Shown one piece after another: positions 12,175 through 23,476 of a DNA stretch of 64,000 bases. Origin of the DNA: Curvularia clavata. Taxonomy: Eukaryota. The notes under the pieces were generated by a model. It saw nothing but the letters and a program-made list of their open reading frames with translations, made no database searches and had not been told where the DNA came from. The stretch is taken from the NCBI GenBank assembly GCA_023920165.1, contig CP089275.1, positions 1 through 64,000 of the forward strand, in the 5' to 3' direction. Made by a program: the position numbers and the translations under genes. Every line of letters begins with the position of its first letter. Within the stretch, counting starts at the first letter, position 1.

Positions 12175-14434
12175 GATTCTGTTCGATAGTCCAAATTTGT
12201 GATGCAATGCTGTAAAATTAAAAAGTCGATAGAGAAGCTAATGGCCTTGAACAGTAACATTGAATATATGACGTATCCCTAGTACACTTGTATTTGCCTG
12301 GCGATTATCAGTCATGCAACTTGAAGTTCGCCCGCTTACCCTTGCAATGTAACAAGAAAATACTTTTTTTGGGTGGGTTGCCCTCAACAAAGCGCATGTG
12401 AGTTTAATTGGTAGACCCAGACGAGGAAACCAAACCCGAAGAAATCACGCTACCCTAATGAGTTCAGGAGACGTTTTCAGGAGGCTAACATTATTCGACT
12501 TTAGAATTGTACGAGCAAGGTTTGGAAATAGCAAGTAACACCACACCTCACAACAAATACATCAATAGTTGCATTCAGGTGCGAGGGTATGCGCATGCAT
12601 CAGACTTATTCTCGAATTTAAATGATTTTCAAACCAAGGTCGGCGGCAGACACTCCGAGTGGTCGACCATCTAGTGCAGCTGGTTCAGTTGTGCAATATC
12701 AAGACTCCATCCCATCCTTGTCCACTTGTGTTTGTTACCATTGATCCATTTGGCGGTGACAGAATAAACAAGCGCATTCATGTGCAGATCCGCTACATGC
12801 ATCCTAAAACGCGAAAGAGTCAGCTCAGCATGGTCTCAGCTTTGTTTTAACGCAGTGCTCTCTGGTCCAACCAAGTGGCCTTTAGGACTCTGTCAAAAGG
12901 GAGAACATACACTGTCTACTGCCATCTACGATCATATTCACTAGCTGTTTGTACAGTTGGCAACATTTTTCTTTTTAGATTATGCATCCGGTGAGTTGTT
13001 ATTCCGGTCAGAGGAACACTCGAGCACGTTTTCTATCGATTCTGCGCCCTGCCAGATGTGATTCGGAGAGTGGAGGATCTGTCAACAAAAGCAAAAGAAT
13101 GGGGAGCACGGTTCTCTGAACCCTTACGCTTATTTCTAGCCATTAGTTAATGCCGTTATCACACCGTCAGTAGCTGTCTAGCGGTCCCCCCACCGGTAGC
13201 TTAATGCGCGATCAATCGTCTCATGTAGATATTAAGGTCTCTGAGCTTGGGTTTACAACGGTATAACTAATGCCATTGAGAGCAATACAATATCTTCAAT
13301 CCGAGCACCTGAAGTGCTTGGAATTTTTCCAGACCTGATGAGCTTACCGATATGACTTCTGAAGGACTATAAATTTATTCTTTTTTCATGTTAATCATGT
13401 GCAGGGTTGTCTGAGTTCAAATGGGCCATGTTTCAGGTTAGTGTGTGCTAGCTTTTTTCCAACACGATCTTCACAGCCGCACTAAATTCGACTAGTATCT
13501 CCCCAGAAGATACCTGATGAACAAAGAGTGCTTCAGAAGTGTCGATTAGCTCCGAAATGATTCGAGCGAAGCCTATATTCGCCATTTGCGACGATGACTA
13601 ACTCATGCCCTAGCAACCTCTACTGCGATTTAGATAATCTGATTAGCATATTGAAGTCATTTTCCAATAACATGAGAAACTATAGATTGAAAGCGATCTA
13701 CCGGGATATCAAGACTAGCTCCAGAAACCGATCCATCATCAGGTGCATGATCCATGGGTGTTGTGAGGCTACCATGCCTTAGCCGGTTCCGTTGTTTCAT
13801 CCTGGACTGTTAGCGACTAGAATTTACCAGAGTTGAAGCAGTGGTATCACGATCAGGTTTTGGAAATCTATTAATATCAGGGCTGAAACTCCTGGAGTAA
13901 AAAAATATTTTTCGAACAAGACCAGTGTAAAACGATGCTACATTGTTACCTTGGTATTTATATAGCATTGCTGGCTGGGGCAACAAACAAAATATAGGAG
14001 ACACTTTGACGCTCTTATAAAAAGATCATTATGTACCTTGAACACGATAGTAACGAATGGGTACGTCCATCGTCGATCGTAACCTTGTGTGGTAAATGGT
14101 AGTGGTATCACTAATCGCCCTGTTCGGACGATTCCGAGAAAAGCAAATCAACACCTCCTGAGCCCCATGGAACAGCATTATTTGTTGAGAGATGATTTAC
14201 CTCCCTAATATGTCGAAAATGGCACATTACTCGGAAAATGTGCAGCGAATATGGTTAGATTACCTTGGAAGATCTCTTGTTGATATTAAACATAATTTTT
14301 TAATAATTTCTCTCAAAGCATAAGCTTGAAGTACTTGAGCGCCCGCACGTATCCCCAGTCACGAACCTCTTACAGGCAACCTACCTTTTTGGGCGCAGAG
14401 TTCATAAGAGCAACGGCGTTCTCTCCCCGTCAAC

Positions 14435-16229
14435 ATGGGCGACAAAAAGATGAGCATGGCTCTCACTACTTTCAAGATTTCCTTGCCAGAAACGGTTGTG
14501 CCAGAAAAGGTCCCACCTAGATGGCATCTACTGGCTACTTTCAGCAGTCTTTGCATCTTAGCGCTGATGGTGTCCCTTGACGCAACTTCACTGCCTGTAG
14601 CACTGCCGGTAAGTCGCTTTGCTCGGGAGTCTTCGCTTTGTCTCAAGATTCTCTGATGAAGAATGGCTAAACAGACAACAGGTAGTCTCGAAAGACTTAG
14701 GGGGTACTGCAGTCGAAGCATTCTGGAGCGCCACGTCGTTTCTACTTGCCTCAACAGTGTTTCAGCCAATTATTGGGTCATTTTCACATCTATATGGGCG
14801 AAAATCGTTAATGTATGTCAGCCTGCTGCTCTTCTTCGTAGGCTCTATCATCATTGCGACTGGGAAAAGCTTCACAGTTGTAATACTAGGTCGCACTATC
14901 CAAGGCTCAGGTGGGGGCGGGATTCTGTGCCTAACGGGTCTGATAATTGTTGACAAAGTTCCCCTAAGAGAACGTGGAAAATGGATCAGCTTAGTGGGTG
15001 CCATGTGGTCAATAGGTACCGTCACTGGTCCTTTGCTTGGTAAGACGTGTTCCTTTTCTGTTACAATGACTTGTTAATCTTGATCTTGCAGGTGGTGGGC
15101 TAGCAAAAGAGACACTGTGGCGTTGGATCTTTTGGATCAATCTTCCACTTTTAGGAATTGCCATAATTATAATCGCTGTCTTTCTGGACAGTGAGGCGAC
15201 ACCTGGATCTTTTACTGAGAAGTTAAAGGAGCTAGACTGGGTCGGGATGGCTCTTTTTCTTCCGTCCATCACAGGAGTCATGATACCGATAACACGCGGT
15301 GGTATCGAATGTCCTTGGGACTCATGGCGTACACTCGTACCTTTGTTTATCTCTACAGCTGGTCTTCTTGTGTTCGCTCTGCACCAGGAATATGTGGCGA
15401 CGAACCCATTAATTCGCACTTCCGTTTTCAAAAATCTATCTGCATCTATCGTCTTCATCCAAACGATAGTGTACGGTATCATCCTGGGAGCAGTATTCCT
15501 GTACCTGCCGTTGTATTTTGAGGCGGTCAAGGGTATGTCTCCTATGATGGCTGGAGTTGCCATTTTCCCATGGACTTTTACCGTTGCTCCTTCCGCTATG
15601 GTCAGTATTCATCCCAAATTCCAAGAAAGGCATTCACACTGATGATGTAGGTCACTGGAATCGCCATCACAAAGATAGCTAAATACCGATGGGCTAATTG
15701 GCTAGGATGGTGCTTGACGACTGTGGGCATAGGCCTTCTTGTGTTGCTCAAATCTGACACTCCGACTGGTGTTTGGGTGGGGGTAAGTCTGGTTGGTGGC
15801 ATTGGCCTAGGTATGCTCTATCCAGCAATGCTTATCGCTGTTCAAGCATCATCCTCGATTGAAAACCAGACTTACTCGACAAACATCTTCACATTCGTTA
15901 GAGCTTTTGGTCAAGCTCTAGGGATAGCTGTCGGTGGTGTTGTCTTCCAAAACAGGATAGAAAAGAGAATGTTGTCAAAGCCACTTATGTCTGAGATGGC
16001 TGGAGAATACTCTAAAGATGCAGTTGGATTGGTGCAAATCATCAAAGGCATGCAGGAGACTGAGATGAAGAGTCAATTAAGGGAGAGTTTTACGCATGCT
16101 TTGATGTGGACCTGGATATTTATTGCATGTCTCTCTGGATTCGCATTTCTTGCGAGCTTTCTCCTGGAAAGATATAATGTAAGCAGCCCAGGAGGAAAAG
16201 AAGATAGTATTCAAGATGAAGAAAAGTAG
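14435..16229 (+). CDS. MFS drug/toxin efflux transporter (DHA2/14-TMS type)
   Basis: Motifs LDATSLPVALP, GRTIQGSGGGG, VPLRERGKW, WRWIFWINLP. Introns at about 14609-14681, 15040-15091 and 15601-15650. Divergent from the PKS. Confidence 0.9.
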
Positions 16230-16308
16230 ATTATAGCATAGTCATCTTAGAGCAGATTTGTATAACAACGTAATTTGTTCATATATTCATGAAGAAATAA
16301 GATGATTA

Positions 16309-19300
16309 ACGTAGTTTACAAGCGAGTGAGCCATACAAGCGAGTGAGCCACCCCACCAACTTTGCGCACCTCTATAAGCGTATAGCTCCACTATATTATA
16401 TTAGTTTTGATAGATATTAACGTAATAGGTTAACGTGTTGGATAAGCGAGTGAGCCAGGCAAGCGAGTGAGCCACCTCACCAACTTTCCACAACGCCTCA
16501 ACTTCAATCAACTATGGCGTCCCCCCAACAAGCTTCTAAGGTCTCTTATAAGGCTGATATATATCTTGCGATTTCAGCTCTTAATACAAAGCAAATTGAA
16601 ACCAAGAGATACGCTACTAAGACGTTCAATATCTCGCGAGCTACACTCCACCGCCGACGCGCTAGTTACCCTACCTGACGCGATTATTAGCCTAACTCAA
16701 AGAAGCTAACTAAGCTAGAAGAGAAGGTGATAGTTAATTATATACTTAATCTTAATTCACGTAGATTTGCGCCCACGTACGCTGCTATACGCGATATAGC
16801 TAATAAGCTGCTGGCTGCGCGCGGCGCTAGCCAGGTTAGACAGAAGTGGCCAGCCAACTTTATCAAACGTACAGACAGTCTTACAACGCGCTTTAATCAG
16901 GCGTACAATAGACAGAGAGCTCTATATAAAAATCCAGTCTTAATCAAGAGCTAGTTTAAGCTTATAGAGCAGACAAAGGCCAAGTACAGTATCTGCGACG
17001 AGAACGTCTACAACTTCGACGAAGCTGGCTTCTTAATAGACAAGATTACTACTTAGCTTGTCGTTACAGCGTCAGAAAAAAGAGCTCGGCCAAAGACTAT
17101 CTAGCCAGGTGGTCGCGAGTAGATGACATTTATCGCTGGGATTAACGCAGCTAGCTAGTCTATCCCACCATTTCTAATCTTTACTGGCAAGTATCACCTA
17201 TCTACCTAGTACGAGGAGGTAGAGATCCCACGCGACTAGGCGATCGTAGTCAGCGATAACGGCTAGACAACCAACAAGCTAGAGGTTGAGTAGCTAAAGC
17301 ACTTTATCAAGCATACAGATAGCAAGGTTATTAGGGCACGCCGGCTACTTATTCTTGATAGCCATAAGAGCCACCAGTCACTTGAGTTCCAAGAGCTCTA
17401 CAAGGAGAATAATATCTACACTCTCTGTATGCCGCCTCACTCGTCTTACTTACTCTAGCCTCTTAATATTAGCTGCTTCTCGCCATTAAAGCGCGCGTAT
17501 AGCCGTGAGGTGGAGAGCCTAATACGCAACCATATCAACTATATCACTAAGCTCAAGTTTCTACCAGCATTTAAGACAGCCTTTAATTAATCGTTTACGT
17601 CAGCTAATATCTATTCAGCTTTTCAAGGTGCAGGCCTTATTCCTCTCTAGCCAGACACTATTCTATCAAAGCTTAACGTACAGCTACGTACGCCTACTCC
17701 TCCAGCTACTCTCGCAGAAGCTCTCTAGCAGGCCTGTACGCCAGGCAACGTACGCAAGCTTAAAGCTCAATTAACGCTAATAAGTAATCGTGTTCAACAG
17801 CACAAAAGCTCATCACCAGCGTCGATTATTACAGCGATTAGCCAGCTTAAGAAGGGGGCAGAGATAATAATACTCTTAGCTAAGCTAATACGCGAGCGGA
17901 TCGCCAACCTTAAGAGAGCTAATAAGACAGCATCAAAACGTAGAAAGCGTAAAAGAAAGCGGATACAGAAGCAAGGAGTGCTTACAAAAAGAGCTGGCGA
18001 GGATATTATCGCTCAACGCGAGGCTGATGAGCAAATTGCTCATAAAGAGCGTCAGAGAGGAGAGCGATCAGATGTCAGCCACCGGGCTCTTACGCGCTAT
18101 AGCAGGTGTAGAGAGACTGGCCATAATTCGCGTACGTGTAAAAACGATACTATAGATACTACTTAATCTGCTATATTAATATATATCTATATTATTATAC
18201 TATAGTAGAGCTACACGCTTGTATAGATGCGCGAAGTTGGTGAGGTGGCTCACTCGCTTGCCTGGCTCACTCGCTTATCCAACACGTTAATTATTATCTA
18301 TACTATCTTTCTTGTATATACGTAAGTTATAGCCAGTCTCTCTACATCTACTATAGCGCGCTAGAGCCTGGCGGCTGATATCTGATCGCTCTCCTCCCTA
18401 ACGCTCCTTACGAGTAATCTGCTTATCAGCCTTACATTGAGCGAGTATATCCTCTCTAGCTCTCTTTGTAAGGACTCTACGCTTTTATATCCGCTTCTTC
18501 TTACGCCTTCTATACTCTAATACTACTATATTAGCTCTTTTAAGACTAGCAATCTAATTGCGTATTAGCTTAGCTGAAAGTATTATTACCTTAGCCCTCT
18601 TCTTAAGCTAGTTAATTACCGCGATAATTGAAGTAGGTGAAGAGTCTTAATGCTGCTAGATACGATTACGTATTAATATTGATTAAGCTTTAAGCTCGCG
18701 TATATTGCTAGGCGTACGAGCCTGCTAGAGAATCTCTACTAGAGCAGCTAGAGGAGTAGGCGTACGCAGCTGTATGTCAAGTTTTAATAGAATAGCGTCT
18801 GGCTAGAGAGGGATAAGGCCTGCGCCTTAAAAAGCTAAGCAGATATTGGCTGCTATAAAGGATTGATTAAAGGCTGTCTTAAACGCTGGTAGAAAGTCGA
18901 GCTTGGTGATATGATTGATGTAGTTGCGTATTAGGCTCTCCACCTTATGGCTGTACGCGCGCTTTAACGGTAAGAAATAGCTAACGTTAAGAAGCTGGAG
19001 TAGGTGAGAGGAGTAGGGCGGCATATAGAGCGTATAGATATTGTTCTTCTTATAGAGCTCTTGGAACTTAAGTAACTGGTGACTTTTATGGCCGTTAAAA
19101 ATAAGTAGCTGGCGTGCTCTAATAACCTTGCTATCTATATGCTTAATAAAGTGCTTTAGCTACTTAATTTCTAGCTTATTAGTTATCTAGCCATTATTAC
19201 TAACTGCGATCGCCTAGTCGCGTGGGATCTCTGCCTCCTCGTACTAGATAGATAGGTGATGCTTGCTAGTAAAGATAAGAAATAGTAGGATAGACTAGCC

Positions 19301-20020
19301 AGCTGTATTGATTCCAGCGATAAACGTTACCCACTCTCGGCTACCTGGCTAGATAGTCTTTAGCTAGGCTCTTCTCTCTAATACTATAATAATAAGCTAA
19401 GTGGTAATCTTGCCTATTGAAAAGCTAGCTTTGTTAAAGTTGTAGACGTTCTCGTTATAGATGCTGTACTTAGCCTTTGTCTGCTCTATAAGCTTGAACT
19501 AGCTTTTAATTAAGACTAGATCTTTATATAGAGCCCTCTACCTATTGTATGCTCGATTGAAACGCGTCGTAAGACTGTCTGTACGCTTGACAAAGTTGCG
19601 CGGCTAGTGGACGCTAATCTGGCCAGCGCCGCGCGTAGCCAGAAGTCTGTTAGCTATATCGCGCATAGTAGCGTAGGTAGACGAAAATCTATATAGATCC
19701 AGATCAAGTATATAATTGACTATCACCTCCTCTTCTAGCTTGATAAGCTTCTTTGAGTTGGGCTGGCAATCGCGTCTAGCAAGCCTACTAGCGCGTCGGC
19801 GGTGGAGGGTAGCGCGAGAGATATTAAATATAGCTGTAGCGCGCCTTTTAGTTTGGATTTGATTTTTCTTAAGAGCTGATACTATAAGGTGTACATTAGC
19901 CTTACGAGAGACGTGTTGGGATATATTTGGTGGAGTCATTGTATATTGCAACAAGAGAGGTGCGCAAAGTTGGTGGGGTGGCTCACTCGCTTGTATGGCT
20001 CACTCGCTTGTAAACTACGT
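16309..20020 (-). mobile_element. pogo/Fot1-like transposon (outer copy, 1855 bp net), RIP-inactivated
   Basis: TIR ACGTAGTTTACAAGCGAGTGAGCCA..., TA TSD, stop-ridden transposase on the minus strand. Interrupted by 16433-18287. Confidence 0.93.
16433..18287 (+). mobile_element. pogo/Fot1-like transposon (nested copy, 1855 bp), RIP-inactivated
   Basis: TIR ACGTGTTGGATAAGCGAGTGAGCCA..., TA TSD. Remnant YNFDEAGF and MPPHSS motifs, plus a C-terminal CRETGHNSRTC knuckle. Confidence 0.95.
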
Positions 20021-20328
20021 TAGTTAGAGTATACTAGGCTTAGTCAAAAATTGGCTATTATATCCCTAGATCCGCACTAAATTAGCGCGTTACGTGACTC
20101 TTGGCGCTGCCCAGGAGTACCCTGATGGGCCGGGTTGGCCTAAAGTGGGGCAGTTGGCTAGGCAGCAGCGCAAAACTCCGCTATTATAACGTCATAGCCA
20201 TAGGGCGGTGAGCAAGTAAAATACACTCTCTAACCCACACGGCGGCATCACCCAGTAATCGCTCAAACTGGGCGGCAAGCATGATAAGTTGCGCAGCTGG
20301 GACAGCTGCACTCTAAGAAGGGAGGTAT

Positions 20329-20537
20329 TGTCAGGACCTAGTCTAAATTGGGACATGTTGGTCTAATTCCCTCCTTCTTCACGCTAGCTAGTTAGCTAGG
20401 GCTTACTTAAGGCTATAAAGCCTCCACGATCGCTAGAGGTGCTCGATAGCGATTCGTCTCGTGAATACATGGCTGTTAAAGCATAGTTCTCTCTCATCTA
20501 TCTCGTGCTGTACCTTCACGCCACTAACAGTCTAACA
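20329..20537 (+). repeat. LTR fragment preceded by a polypurine tract
   Basis: TGTCA...TAACA, preceded by AAGAAGGGAGG. Its 3' part is shared with 30233-30429 and about 39421-39632. Confidence 0.7.
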
Positions 20538-21276
20538 ATTGGCTTGAGGAGTCCCCAATAGAGGCCTGAGAGCTGGTGTCTAGACTCTATGTTAAAGACT
20601 CGTGACATTAACATATAATGTAAAGTCTCCACTTCTAATAGCTAATCTATTTGCGACATTATTCTATATTGCTATAGAATTGACCGTTCATTACTAACAG
20701 TCAACTCCTGAAATCATGGTTTCTGTATTTGTAAGCTCACTCCACACGAACAGGTGTAGTCATGCAGATTTTGCAATATGGAGCCTCTCGGACATTCGGT
20801 AAAGCCGTGTCAACCCACAGTGGCAACACGGTAGCTTTTTAAATCCGCTTACTTGTACTGAAGTTGTCGATCTAGATCTGAATTTTTTATTCTTTGAAAC
20901 CCAATGAGTATTAAGTCTCAATCTGATTATTACATCGAGTCTTTTGATTTTCCTCAAAAATCCATAGTTGTCCTGATATTTTGGATCAAAAGTGGGGAGT
21001 TTTGGTAGTGTTATCTGGTTGTTATCGGAAATCCGGTTTTGCCGAGTGTCCGAGTGAGAGCGCCGACTAACCCTGTAAGAGGGGTACTATCTGCACCATT
21101 ACGTGTACATCAAGCTTTCCGTTAGACAATGAGTTTAGCGCTTACACTTCTTTAAAAAGGACATCCATGCTATTCAGACTATATTTCAGATATCATGCTT
21201 CCAAGAATTCACAATAATGACTGTCGCAATATGCCCAGAAACAACTTGATGAATCAACACTCGCTCGAAGATTGTA

Positions 21277-22909
21277 ATGGACAGAATACAAGCCGCAGGG
21301 ATGCAGGCCTCCACCTTACCTGACGCAAGACCCATCAGCCCATTGGCCGTTGAACAAGTTGTAGGTAATGAGGGTATCGGAAAAACACGACGGAAAACGA
21401 TAGTTGCAATTACAGTCTCCGCGACCGGATTGAATGCGCTACTGTCCAGTCTGGTAATCGTCACCTTTCCAACCATGGCGTCTGATTTGCATATGAGCGA
21501 GGAGCTCCTACTTTGGTAATTGAGGCTCTCTCTTGACATAGGCGTCACGCTGATTATATATAAGGCCAATTTCCGTCTACTCCTTGACTTGCGGCTGTAC
21601 ACTTCTTTTACTTGGCTCCATAGCTGATGCTGTGGGAACTAGACCAATGTATCTAGCAGGTTGCCTGTTCCAGACTGCTTTTTCCTTGGCTTGCGGTCTC
21701 TCACAAACCAGTGCTCAAATTATCACATTTCGCGCTTTTGCTGGGGTTGCTTCATCGTTCCTTCTTCCCTCGGTTGTTAGTATTGTTTCCAAATCTTTCC
21801 CCGATGGTAAGCAGAGGAACATGGCATTTGCCTTGCTTGGGGGATCACAACCACTTGGATTCTCTTTGGGCCTACTGCTTGGAGGCCTTCTCCCGGACTG
21901 GAGATGGGGCTTCCATCTCGCTGCAATAATTAGCGGTATCATTCTCGCTTTAGCTTTCTGGACACTTCCTCGTAGAGATTGGAATAAGTCCGACGTATGG
22001 GTTTATCTGAAGCATGAAATAGACTGGGCTGGGATCTCTATTGGAAGCGCTAGCTTTGGTTTACTATCGTATGCGTTCACGTAAGCGCATCACTCTCTGT
22101 CCTAGGGTCGATACTGACTGAATAGTACACTGACGGCTAAGTTATCCAACATCAAAACCCCTGGTACACTCGTAACAATGGTGTTATCCGTCGTACTCGT
22201 CTCGGTGTTTGTGTTCTGGGTCGGCCGCCAAGAGAGACTGGGAAAACCAGCAGTGATTCCGAACTCATTGTGGCGCAATCGCATCTTCACAACTATCTGC
22301 CTGGGTATATTCTTGACTTGGGGAGCTCTCACTAGTTCTGAATCGTACCTGAGCCTCGTTTTCCAAAAGGTCCAGCACAACTCTCCATTGCAGACCTCTT
22401 TACGTTTCCTACCTGGCATAGTCTCTGCATCACTTAGCACTTTAGCTGTGGGATATTTCGCCCACAAAGTCTACATTGGCTGGGCAATCATATTTGCCAT
22501 GCTTTGGACTGCTGTGGGTATCCTTCTCATGGCCGTTATACAGCCGCAATGGTCCTATTGGGCGTGCGCATTTCTGGCGGTCGTCTTGAGTCCAATTGGT
22601 GGCGATGCTCTATACACTATATCGAACCTGGTTGTCACATCTGTGTTTCCTGAAAGAACACAAGCGCTTGCAGGAGGTGTACTAAACACGCTCACGCAAC
22701 TCGCAAAGACAGTGGCTTTAGCAACTAGCGGCTCGATAGCAGGCAGCGTAACATCACTTAGCCACTATGATTCGAAGACATCTCCCCCAGCTCTTATGGA
22801 GGGCTATAGAGCTGCCTTCTGGTACTTCTTCGGTCTGTCGTCCGCCACTATATTGCTCTTTACCTGGGGATTGAGAGATATCGGCACGCTTATTAAGAGG
22901 AGGGAGTAA
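21277..22909 (+). CDS. MFS transporter (aminotriazole-resistance/Atr1-like DHA2)
   Basis: Motifs LLLLGSIADAVG, FRAFAGVASS, GGSQPLGFSLG, QALAGGVLNT, GYRAAFW. Introns at 21516-21564 and 22081-22125. Confidence 0.9.
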
Positions 22910-23476
22910 ATCAACCTTATCTCCAATCCTCGACATAATCAAGGCTGGAATGACTTAAGTTGTATGAGAGGTGGTAAATCTAGTAGTAACACAGAGAAGT
23001 CTCCATCCGCTATATCAGTCTTCGATCATTTCGAACCATGAAAGCAATATACTATACATAGGGAATGTTTCTTTGGAGTAAAGCACAACTCTAGAACGTT
23101 AGGACTAACCATTCGCCAGACGATGAAATGCTTGCATTGCTTGGGTATTTGGTAGGGCCGGTTTTCTTCGCGTGGTCTATTACGAATATGGCAGCCCGAT
23201 GAAGACGATAAGATCGACTTTTCGGGGCCTCGGTGTTAACTCTTTGGAAGACAAGCCAGATCTCTCTTCGAAGATACGATGTGCCGATGGGCTACAGAGG
23301 ATGGCTAGAGTTGTTTCTACAAGTATGTGGACGCATGTTGCTAGAAGATCGTCTCCCAGAAGGCATAACCCGACAAAAGTGGAGTTTGTGCGCACTGTTC
23401 TGTGAGTCATTTCGCACCATGCGAGTCAGTGATTAGCGCTATATTGACCGGCCCGAGTCGGACGAGGCTAAAAAGC

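Noticed and set aside
12175..12207. PKS N-terminal extension in the ORF track
   Set aside because: It starts at TTG. The first ATG (12174) directly precedes the typical EPIAICGM start of the KS.
12659..14004. Short ORFs in the PKS-MFS intergenic region as a hidden release enzyme
   Set aside because: No recognisable motifs or consistent splice structure found by eye. BLASTx would be needed to exclude a remnant.
16309..16490. Repeated AAGCGAGTGAGCCA units resembling a CRISPR-like array
   Set aside because: They are the internal direct repeats of two adjacent pogo TIRs in a eukaryotic genome.
23172..23436. Possible gene fragment next to the Gypsy LTR
   Set aside because: Several overlapping short frames, none with a recognisable domain.
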